Assembly (NCBI RefSeq): GCF_001598795.1 | Contig: NZ_BCZP01000009.1 | Location: 90,001 to 122,000, forward strand | DNA from: Delftia acidovorans NBRC 14950 | Lineage (GTDB): Bacteria > Pseudomonadota > Gammaproteobacteria > Burkholderiales > Burkholderiaceae_C | DNA: 32,000 nt | Direction of reading: 5' to 3' | Part shown: piece by piece, positions 16,355 to 23,428 of the stretch | Layout: each line of letters begins with the position of its first letter | Numbering within the stretch: the stretch's first letter is position 1 | Notes under the pieces: generated by a model | What the model was told of the DNA's origin: nothing | The model's input: the letters and a program-made list of their open reading frames with translations, nothing else | Database searches by the model: none | Translations under genes and position numbers: made by a program

Positions 16355-17236
16355 TTATCTGCCGTTCAAGGTCCGGATTTCTTCCAGGAGCTGGTCAAGC
16401 TGCAATTCCAGCGCCAGCAGCGAGTGCGCATGGTGCATCAGCCCATCATGGTTGATGCCGTTTTCCAGGCCGGCACAGCGTATTGACAGCTCAGTCAGGT
16501 CAAAAAATCGCAGTGAACCGGAAAGATTGTGCAGCTCTCTTTGCACATCCTTGCGATTCTTGCTGGATTTGATGATCGCCAGCGACGAACGTGCAGACTC
16601 CAGAAAGGCCGTTCTGATGGGGGCCGGGATCTGTTGAAAATGGGCGACGTCATCGGTCGACGAAATGCGGCCGCTGTTGGCAGGCCGGGGCTGAACGGCC
16701 AGTTGCAGTGCATCAAAGAGGCCCTGCAGCGAACGCCAGGAGACTTCGATGATGCGGGCGTTGATCACCTTGGGTTGCAGCGGGTGATCAGCCTCGCATT
16801 CGATGATGCTTGCAGCTCCTGCCACCAGGCGGTTTTCATCCTTGGGATTCCAGGACGTTTTCGATCCGCAAAGCACAACAACCTGGAACTTCTGAAGGCG
16901 ATCCTGGCGAATGGCCGTGGGATGGTGGCAGGCCGTGGTCGCCAGGCCCCAACTTTTGAGGTGCGGGAGCAGATGGGCGTGTAGTTCATCGGATGACGAG
17001 ATGAACAAAACCTGCTCGCCTGAAAATGACAAAGCGGAGGATGAGGGCTCTTCTGTGGTGGTTATCGATTCGGCGGCAGTCGAGAACTTTTCAGAACGGT
17101 ATGGTGTGGGTGCACTGTCCAAGGTGGATGTCTGTTTTTTCATGGGTGGCCGAGCATCTGGCGCCGGCATCTGCAGCCAGTCACTCGCTGGAGGCTTCAG
17201 ATCCGGCTGGAAGATTGGACCACGGCATCCATCCAT
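16355..17236 (-). CDS. soluble pseudo-receiver + HPt-like phosphotransfer protein (RcsD C-terminal-half-like); start uncertain
   Basis: The C-terminal helical domain has an HPt-like motif, RELHNLSGSLRFFDL (H-x-L-x-G-S). The central part (EQVLFISSSDELHAHLLPHLKSWGLATTA...FQVVVLCG) looks like an alpha/beta receiver-type fold lacking the acidic pocket. No TM segment. Alternative starts are at 17170 and 17143 (MKKQTST...). The domain calls are inferred from motifs only. Confidence 0.5.
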   Translation of the reverse strand: MDGCRGPIFQPDLKPPASDWLQMPAPDARPPMKKQTSTLDSAPTPYRSEKFSTAAESITTTEEPSSSALSFSGEQVLFISSSDELHAHLLPHLKSWGLATTACHHPTAIRQDRLQKFQVVVLCGSKTSWNPKDENRLVAGAASIIECEADHPLQPKVINARIIEVSWRSLQGLFDALQLAVQPRPANSGRISSTDDVAHFQQIPAPIRTAFLESARSSLAIIKSSKNRKDVQRELHNLSGSLRFFDLTELSIRCAGLENGINHDGLMHHAHSLLALELQLDQLLEEIRTLNGR

Positions 17237-17346
17237 GGTGCATGTTTAAGGACATGTCCATAGAGCATCCTTGTTTCACCTGCGTGGCGTCTGGCCTTGG
17301 AAGCCCAAGCCCGGGCATTCAGGTGTGTCAGCAAGTGCCGCAGGAA

Positions 17347-17380
17347 TGAAAAAAGCCTGCAGAGAACTGCAGGCTGTTTT
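17347..17380. terminator. bidirectional rho-independent terminator downstream of the H-NS-family gene
   Basis: gaaaaaAGCCTGCAGagaaCTGCAGGCTgtttt. It has a 9-bp perfect stem and a 4-nt loop. The A6 run on the left gives a U-run for the minus-strand transcript. Confidence 0.75.
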
Positions 17381-17402
17381 CATGGAGGCGTTTATCCAGG
17401 CT

Positions 17403-17678
17403 TCAGATGGCGAACTGGGCGCGATCCTTGTCCTTGATCCAGGCGGGGGGCTTGCCACGGCCGGTCCAGGTGTCACCGGTTTCGGGATTGCGGAACTTGG
17501 GGGCCACGGTGGAGGGGGCGCGGCGTGCCGTGAAGATGTCGTCGGCAGTCAGGCCGTAATCCTGAACCAGACCGCGAATCTTGGCGATCACATCACTGAC
17601 TTCTTGCTTGCGTGCTGTCTGGATCTGGGCCTCGAGTGCCTCGCGCTGTGCCAGAAGTTCTTTGTATGTGGTGTTCAC
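17403..17678 (-). CDS. H-NS family nucleoid-associated protein (xenogeneic silencer type)
   Basis: It is 91 aa with an N-terminal coiled coil (YKELLAQREALEAQIQTARKQE). The C-terminal DNA-binding motif TWTGRGKPPAWI matches the H-NS core TWTGQGRTPAVI. Confidence 0.85.
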   Translation of the reverse strand: MNTTYKELLAQREALEAQIQTARKQEVSDVIAKIRGLVQDYGLTADDIFTARRAPSTVAPKFRNPETGDTWTGRGKPPAWIKDKDRAQFAI

Positions 17679-18154
17679 GGTAGTTTGCCTTTCATGGATT
17701 GAAGCGCGAATATTAACGGTTTTTTAAGAACAAGTTTGCATGCTTTCGATCATTTTCTCCTATGACTGCCATTGGCAGTCCTGACCGTGTTCAAAATGAT
17801 CGGTCAACGCCAGGTAAAGGCCATGTAAAGAGCCGGCAGTTATGGGGCGCTGTATGTTCCGGAGCCCTTCAAAATCCTGTATGCCCTCGCTTTCAGGTTT
17901 GAAGCGCCGTGGTTCACAGGGGTGAGTGATCGGCTGCGAAGGAGTTTGGGCTTATTGAAGGGGATGTGAAAGGCGATGCCGTGATCAAACTGCACCGCAC
18001 ATTGGAAATTCTTGAAGTCCAGTCTGTACGCTGCTTGCCAACGGCTTTTTGCGTGGGGTTGGGGGAGGGTGGCGAGCGGGCTGCAAGCGAAAGATGAGGG
18101 TGTTGGTGGTCCCGCGACATCCTTCGCAAAAGACACGCGTTTTTGCCCACAAAA

Positions 18155-18170
18155 CTGTTTATTCATACAG
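18155..18170 (+). promoter_or_regulatory. second LexA (SOS) box
   Basis: aaCTGTttattcatACAGtATGAT is a perfect CTGT-N8-ACAG. It is immediately followed by the -10-like TATGAT (18171-18176). The ATG of the downstream small gene is only 6 nt after that hexamer. Confidence 0.65.
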
Positions 18171-18182
18171 TATGATGCGGCC

Positions 18183-18470
18183 ATGAGCATCGATCAGATC
18201 GCCTTCGCACTCCCCGCAGTCCTTGCCGTCTGGCTGTCGCAGTCCCGTTCCGTTGCCCTGCGGCGGTGGGCCTGCCTTCTCGGCCTGGGATGCATGCCTT
18301 ACTGGATATATGTGGCCCTGTTGGCCGGGCAATGGGGCATGTTGGCCTTGGTAGGCGCCTTTGCGCTGGGCTGGCTCAAGGGGCTTTGGGTGCACTGGCT
18401 GGCACCTCGTCGGCGTGAGGCCGTGGGCTCGGGCCTTGGCACCATCCAGATCACGCCGGGCACCCGTTGA
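18183..18470 (+). CDS. small integral membrane protein (95 aa, ~3 TM), putatively LexA-regulated
   Basis: This uses the internal Met of listed ORF 18012..18470. MSIDQIAFALPAVLAVWLSQS...WACLLGLGCMPYWIYVALLAGQWGMLALVGAFALGWLKGLWV gives three hydrophobic segments followed by a basic tail. The LexA box is directly upstream. Confidence 0.5.
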   Translation: MSIDQIAFALPAVLAVWLSQSRSVALRRWACLLGLGCMPYWIYVALLAGQWGMLALVGAFALGWLKGLWVHWLAPRRREAVGSGLGTIQITPGTR

Positions 18471-18978
18471 CGGCTGGCCGCTGGTCCGCGCCTTGTGTTC
18501 ATCGATGCTGCAGGCGGGCGCGTGTTTTACGGGCGCTGTGCATGGCGTGCTCGGGAATTTCAAGCGTTCTCACTGGAATTTGATGCAGATAAAAGCCGAG
18601 TGTTTTGCTTGGTTGGTGTGATGGCCGTGCCGATGCACCGGCTGCCAGGGTGCCCTGCTGTCTTTATGCCCAGCCGTGCATGGCTGCAAGACTGGGCCGG
18701 GGCTGTGATGCAAGGATTTCTGCCCTTTGTGCACTGTGGTGGTGCGCGTCTTTCGGTTCTTGGTGCAGGTTTCCGGATCGGCTGGTAGCGCTGTGTTTTT
18801 GTGGATATTTCCGATTTGTATGGTGAGTTATGTGAGCAAAAAGCCACGGAGTTTGCGGGTCTGTGCAGGTCCTTGTATGGACGCCAGCTGGCAGTGATGG
18901 GCAAGTCCGAGGCATAGAATCGTTTGCATACAACAGGCAGTCATCTATCAGAGTTGCCTCTAAAAACCACGTGAAAAC

Positions 18979-19010
18979 AGCCCACCCCGTTGGCGGTGGG
19001 CTTTCTTTTT
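18979..19010 (+). terminator. orphan rho-independent terminator
   Basis: AGCCCACCccgttggcGGTGGGCTttcttttt is a GC-rich stem followed by a T-run. No convincing CDS ends just upstream. Confidence 0.6.
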
Positions 19011-19060
19011 CGGGCTTGGCCGCGGCGAGCCCGTCGCCTGATTTTTCAGTGCGCACCTAT

Positions 19061-19094
19061 GGTTTGCACCTGTTGTCAACCACAAGGTTTGCAC
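19061..19094 (+). promoter_or_regulatory. tandem GGTTTGCAC motifs upstream of the aldehyde-oxidoreductase operon
   Basis: GGTTTGCAC occurs at 19061-19069 and 19086-19094, 25-nt start-to-start. The second copy ends 3 nt before the ATG at 19098. It is a possible operator or promoter element; the function is inferred. Confidence 0.3.
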
Positions 19095-19097
19095 ACG

Positions 19098-19685
19098 ATG
19101 AAATTCACTCTCAACCAACAAGAGGTCGAGATCCAGGGCGTGAGCCCTGAGACGCCGCTGCTTTATGTGCTGCGCAACGACATGCAGCTCAACGGTCCCA
19201 AGTTCGGCTGCGGCCTGGGCGAATGCGGCGCATGCGCCGTGCTGATCGACGGCAAGGTGGCCCGCTCCTGCTCCGTTCCCGTGAGCGTGGTCCAGGGCAT
19301 GAAGGTCACGACGCTGGAAGGCCTGTCCCAGGACGCGACCCAGGCCGAGCACGCCCGCGTGGCGCGTGACTGGGAAGCAGCCCATCCGGCCGCCGTGCCG
19401 GGCATGCCTGCCGGCAAGCCGACAGCCGATGCACAGGGCAAGGCTGTCTACCGACTGCACCCTGTGCAGCAGGCTTTCATTGACGAGCAGGCTGCCCAGT
19501 GCGGCTACTGCACCAACGGCATGGTCATGGCCCTCGTGGCCTTGTTCGACCACAAGCCCACGGCCACCGACGAGGAAGTCATCCAGACCCTGTCCGGCCA
19601 CCTGTGCCGCTGCGGCACGCATGTGGAAATCATGCGTGCGGCTGCTCGCGCCCGCGTGCTGATCGCCCAGGGAGGTGCAGCATGA
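19098..19685 (+). CDS. (2Fe-2S)-binding small subunit of a molybdenum aldehyde/isoquinoline oxidoreductase
   Basis: MKFTLNQQEVEI...PLLYVLRNDMQLNGPKFGCGLGECGACAV is the plant-type 2Fe-2S site. QCGYCTNGMVMA...GHLCRCGTHVEI is the second cluster. The start is at the internal Met of listed ORF 18990... An unusual ~40-aa insert lies between the two cluster domains. Confidence 0.85.
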   Translation: MKFTLNQQEVEIQGVSPETPLLYVLRNDMQLNGPKFGCGLGECGACAVLIDGKVARSCSVPVSVVQGMKVTTLEGLSQDATQAEHARVARDWEAAHPAAVPGMPAGKPTADAQGKAVYRLHPVQQAFIDEQAAQCGYCTNGMVMALVALFDHKPTATDEEVIQTLSGHLCRCGTHVEIMRAAARARVLIAQGGAA

Positions 19686-21982
19686 GTGCATCCAACCCCC
19701 TTCAACTGACGCGCCGCAACCTGCTCAAGCTGGGCGGCATGGTCATGGTCAGCTCGGTGGCGGCCGCTGGCCTGGTGGCTGAAAGCACGGGTACGGCGCC
19801 CGCCGTGGCCGGCGCCTTCCCCATTCCCCCCATCGACCGGGTGAGCAGCTTCATCGCCATTGGCGCGGACGGCAGCGTCACGGCCTACCACGGCCACGTG
19901 GACCTGGGCACGGGCATCCGTACCTCGCTGGCGCAGTTGGTGGCCGATGAGCTCGATGTGGAGTTCGAACGCATCACCATGGTTCTGGGCCACACAGGCC
20001 GCACGCCCAACCAGGGCCCGACCATTGCCAGCAACACCATCCAGGTGGATGCCATCCCCATGCGCAAGGCCGCCGCGCAGGTGCGCCAGCTGCTGCTGGG
20101 CCTGGCTGCCGAGAAGCTGCAGCAGCCCGTGTCCGCACTGACCACGTCCAAGGGCGCGGTGGTGGCCAAGGGCGGCCGGCGCATCGGCTACGGCGAACTG
20201 GCCCAGGGCCAGGACCTGAACATTGCGCTGGACAAGGAAGTGCCGCTGCGCACCGGCGGTTTCAACTACATCGGCAAGTCCGTGCAGCGCGTGGACATTC
20301 CGGCCAAGGTGCTGGGCGCGCTGGCCTATGTGCACGATGTGCGCGTGCCCGGCATGCTGCACGGCCGCGTGGTGCGCCCGCCCTATGGCGGTGCCGATGC
20401 GTCGGCGCCTCTGGGCAGCAGCCTGATCTCTGTGAACGAACAGTCGGTCGCCCATCTGCCGGGCATCGTCAAGTTGGTGGTGCAGGGCGATTTCGTGGGC
20501 ATCGTGGCCGAGCGCGAAGAGCAGGCCATTGCCGCCATGCGCCAGCTGGAGGTGAAGTGGAAGGACTGGGCCGGCGTGCCCGACCTGTCGCTGAACGCCA
20601 TGCACGACACCCTGGTCCAGCACGAGAAGACCGACCGCATGCTGCGCGAGGACGCGGGCATTGACGAGGCCTTCTCGGGCGCCAAGAAGGTGATCGAGGC
20701 CGACTACGTCTGGCCCTACCACCTGCATGCCTCCATCGGCCCGTCCTGCGCCGTGGCCGAGGTGTCCGCCAGCCAGATCCAGGTCTGGACCGGATCGCAG
20801 AACCCGCACGACGTGCGCAAGGACATCGCCACGCTGACCGGCATGGCGGCCGACCAGATCAATGTGACGCGCCTGGAAGCCTCGGGCTGCTACGGCCGCA
20901 ATTGCGCGGACGACGTGGCATCCGACGCCGTGCTGCTGTCGCAGGCCGTGGGCCGCCCGGTGCGCGTGCAGCTGATGCGCGAGCAGGAAGCCGCCTGGGA
21001 GCCCAAGGGCACGGGCCAGCTGATCCGCGTGCGCGGCGGCCTGGACGAGAACCATGCCGTGCTGGGCTATGAGCTCAAGACCTGCTACCCGTCCAACGAC
21101 GCGGCGGCCCTGGCCCTGATCCTGACGGGCAAGGTGCCCAACAAGCCCAAGGTGCTGCAGATGGGCGACCGTACGGCCATCCCGCAGTACGAGTACCCCA
21201 AGATGCGCGTGGTCTCGCAGGATGCGGCGCCCATCGTGCGTGCGTCGTGGATGCGCGGCGTCTCGGCCCTGCCCAACGTCTTTGCCCATGAATGCTGGAT
21301 CGACGAATGCGCCTACCTGGCCGGTGAAGACCCGCTGGCCTACCGCCTGCGCTACCTGAAGGACCCGCGCGCCGTGGCGCTGACGCACGCTGCGCACAAG
21401 CAGGCCGGCTGGCAGGATGGCCCGGCCCACCGCAACCCCGCGCCGGCCGACCAGCGCCTGGTCAAGGGCCGCGGCTTTGCCTATGCCCGCTACTACCACA
21501 GCAAGTTCCCTGGCTACGGCGCGGCCTGGGCCACCTGGATCTGCGACGTGACCGTGGACCGCGAGACCGGCGTGATCAAGGTGGACAAGGTCTTCGTGGC
21601 CCATGACTGCGGCGAGATGGTCAACCCGGCCGGCGTGCGCCACCAGGTGCACGGCAACATCATCCAGTCCACCAGCCGCGTGCTCAAGGAGTACGTGACC
21701 TTCGACAGCAAGGGCGTGACCTCGCTGGACTGGGGCGGCTACCCCATCCTGCGCTTTGACGAGCTGCCCGAGATCGACGTGCAACTGGTCGAGCGCCCTG
21801 GCGAAGACCCCATGGGCGCGGGCGAATCTGCCTCCGTGCCCAGCGCCGCCGCTGTCTCCAACGCCGTGTTCGACGCCACCGGCGTGCGCCTGCGCGAAGT
21901 GCCGTTCACCCCGGCACGCGTGCTGGCCGCACTCAAGGCAAAGGCTGCCGATGCAGCCCCGGCCGACAAGGCACAGAACTGA
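19682..21982 (+). CDS. molybdopterin-binding large subunit (xanthine dehydrogenase family / IorB-like), Tat-exported
   Basis: The ATG at 19682 overlaps the upstream stop (ATGA). It has a Tat-like signal, LTRRNLLKLGGMVMVSSVAAA. The ~766-aa body has aldehyde-oxidase/xanthine-dehydrogenase-type segments. The listed ORF 19499.. is over-extended. Confidence 0.85.
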   Translation: MSASNPLQLTRRNLLKLGGMVMVSSVAAAGLVAESTGTAPAVAGAFPIPPIDRVSSFIAIGADGSVTAYHGHVDLGTGIRTSLAQLVADELDVEFERITMVLGHTGRTPNQGPTIASNTIQVDAIPMRKAAAQVRQLLLGLAAEKLQQPVSALTTSKGAVVAKGGRRIGYGELAQGQDLNIALDKEVPLRTGGFNYIGKSVQRVDIPAKVLGALAYVHDVRVPGMLHGRVVRPPYGGADASAPLGSSLISVNEQSVAHLPGIVKLVVQGDFVGIVAEREEQAIAAMRQLEVKWKDWAGVPDLSLNAMHDTLVQHEKTDRMLREDAGIDEAFSGAKKVIEADYVWPYHLHASIGPSCAVAEVSASQIQVWTGSQNPHDVRKDIATLTGMAADQINVTRLEASGCYGRNCADDVASDAVLLSQAVGRPVRVQLMREQEAAWEPKGTGQLIRVRGGLDENHAVLGYELKTCYPSNDAAALALILTGKVPNKPKVLQMGDRTAIPQYEYPKMRVVSQDAAPIVRASWMRGVSALPNVFAHECWIDECAYLAGEDPLAYRLRYLKDPRAVALTHAAHKQAGWQDGPAHRNPAPADQRLVKGRGFAYARYYHSKFPGYGAAWATWICDVTVDRETGVIKVDKVFVAHDCGEMVNPAGVRHQVHGNIIQSTSRVLKEYVTFDSKGVTSLDWGGYPILRFDELPEIDVQLVERPGEDPMGAGESASVPSAAAVSNAVFDATGVRLREVPFTPARVLAALKAKAADAAPADKAQN

Positions 21983-21999
21983 GAGCGGAGGACCGGAAC

Positions 22000-23331
22000 A
22001 TGCACACACTCAAGAAAATCACCCTCGGCGTGGTCGGCCTGGCCGCCGTGGCCGGCGCCGCCTTCTGGCTGGCCACGGGCCGCAGCGAGATCGCTCCTCT
22101 GCAGCAGATCCCGGTGCAGGAATTCAGCCAGCAGCAGATCGACCAGGGGCGCCGCCTGGCGCACATGGGCGACTGCGCTGTCTGCCACACGGCACCGGGC
22201 GGCCAGCGCAACGCAGGCGGCCTGGCCATGCCCAGCCCTTTCGGCACCATCTACTCGACCAACATCACGCCCGATGCCGAAACCGGCATCGGCCGCTGGT
22301 CGTACGAGGCCTTCGAGCGCGCCATGCGCCATGGCGTGGACCGCGAGGGCAACTACCTGTACCCCGCCTTCCCGTACACCGCGTTCACCCGCGTGACCGA
22401 TGAGGACATGAAGGCGCTGTACGCCTTCCTGATGACCGAGCCGGCTGTCTCCAACGAGGCACCCAAGACCGCGCTGAACTTCCCGTTCAACGTGCGCCGT
22501 GGGCTGGCCCTGTGGAATGCGCTGTACCTGGAGCCGGGCGAGCAGCCCGCGCCCGCCAACCAGTCGGGCGAGTGGATTCGCGGCGCCTACCTGGTGGAAG
22601 GCCTGGGCCACTGCGCCGCCTGCCACTCGCCGCGCAACCAGTTCGGCGCCGAGAAAAAGGGTGCCTACCACCTGGCCGGCGCCTTCATCGACGGCTGGGA
22701 TGCGCCCGCGCTCAACGACAAGGCCGTGGCTCCGCTGCCCTGGACGCGAGAAGACCTGGTCCGCTACATGCAGACCGGTTTCTCGGAGCGCCACGGCGTG
22801 GCCGCCGGCCCCATGGCGCCCGTGATCGAAGGCCTGTCTCACCAGTCGGCCGAGGACATCAACGCCATGGCCACCTACCTGATGTCGTACCGCAAGCCTG
22901 TGGCAGACGCCGCTGGCGCAGGGGACGCCCAGGCCCTGGTGAAGGAAAAGACCGAGGTTGCCAAGCTGCCGGTCGACGCCCAGGGCTACCGCCTGTACCA
23001 GGGCGCCTGCATGGCCTGCCACCGCGCCGATCCCAGCGGCGTGCTGGCCGGCAGCAGCTTCGGCGTGCGTCCCCAGCTGTCGCTGAACACCAACCTGTAC
23101 AGCGACTCGCCGACCAACGCCATCCATGTGGTGCTCAACGGCATTACGCAACCGGCGCGCCCGCAGCTGGGCACCATGCCCGCCTTCCGCCACAACCTCA
23201 GCGACGATCAGATCGCCACGTTGCTCAACACCATGCGCAGCCAGTACGGCCTGCAGCCATGGCCCGGCCTGAGCGACAAGGTCAAGGCCCTGCGCGAGGA
23301 AACACGCCCCGGCAAGGTGGCGGCGCACTGA
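22000..23331 (+). CDS. tri-haem cytochrome c subunit of membrane-bound aldehyde dehydrogenase
   Basis: It has an N-terminal TM/signal anchor and three CxxCH motifs (CAVCH, CAACH, CMACH). The 443-aa length is typical of the third subunit of these dehydrogenases. Confidence 0.85.
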   Translation: MHTLKKITLGVVGLAAVAGAAFWLATGRSEIAPLQQIPVQEFSQQQIDQGRRLAHMGDCAVCHTAPGGQRNAGGLAMPSPFGTIYSTNITPDAETGIGRWSYEAFERAMRHGVDREGNYLYPAFPYTAFTRVTDEDMKALYAFLMTEPAVSNEAPKTALNFPFNVRRGLALWNALYLEPGEQPAPANQSGEWIRGAYLVEGLGHCAACHSPRNQFGAEKKGAYHLAGAFIDGWDAPALNDKAVAPLPWTREDLVRYMQTGFSERHGVAAGPMAPVIEGLSHQSAEDINAMATYLMSYRKPVADAAGAGDAQALVKEKTEVAKLPVDAQGYRLYQGACMACHRADPSGVLAGSSFGVRPQLSLNTNLYSDSPTNAIHVVLNGITQPARPQLGTMPAFRHNLSDDQIATLLNTMRSQYGLQPWPGLSDKVKALREETRPGKVAAH

Positions 23332-23380
23332 GCCTGCGCTGCGTCATCTGCGCAGCCTGTGCGCTGCGCTAGGATGGCAA

Positions 23381-23413
23381 GGGACCGCTGTGCCCACAGC
23401 GGTCCCTTTTTTT
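23381..23413 (+). terminator. rho-independent terminator of the aldehyde-oxidoreductase operon
   Basis: GGGACCGCTGtgcccaCAGCGGTCCCttttttt has a 10-bp perfect stem and a T7 run. Confidence 0.85.
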
Positions 23414-23428
23414 ATGGTGACCCGCAAG

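Larger units (their letters stand above)
11700..17250. other. AT-rich horizontally acquired island (no mobility gene seen)
   Basis: There is an abrupt, visually obvious drop in GC. My rough by-eye estimate is near 40% for 11.7-16.3 kb, against well above 60% in the flanks. AT-rich codon usage (AAA, ATA, TTT) occurs in all plus-strand genes of the block. Boundaries are approximate. Confidence 0.7.

Noticed and set aside
17840-18190. 116-aa minus-strand ORF divergent from the small membrane gene. It looked like a possible second target of the LexA box.
   Set aside because: Its candidate ATGs (18190, 18184, 18166) lie at or within ~20 nt of the LexA box, inside the first codons of the plus-strand gene, which leaves no room for a promoter. 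It has no RBS and no motif. It may at most be a decayed remnant.
18495-18826. The 97-aa and 73-aa plus-strand ORFs (18495..18788, 18605..18826) were considered as the gene served by the orphan terminator at 18979.
   Set aside because: They overlap each other in different frames, have no RBS, are Cys/Trp/Arg-rich with odd composition, and end 150-190 nt before the terminator.
19505-22009. 834-aa minus-strand ORF. Further long opposite-strand or alternative-frame ORFs occur at 21739..23328(-), 23545..24372(-), 23780..24718(-), 25276..27273(-), 27045..28172(-), 28194..29234(-), 28316..29521(+), 29597..30523(+), 30514..31419(-) and 31220..31807(-).
   Set aside because: All are antisense or out-of-frame to genes with clear family motifs (Moco subunit, cytochrome c, TetR, isomerase, hydrolases, bestrophin, nitroreductase fusion, MFP). 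Their composition is the usual high-GC stop-codon-poor artefact.
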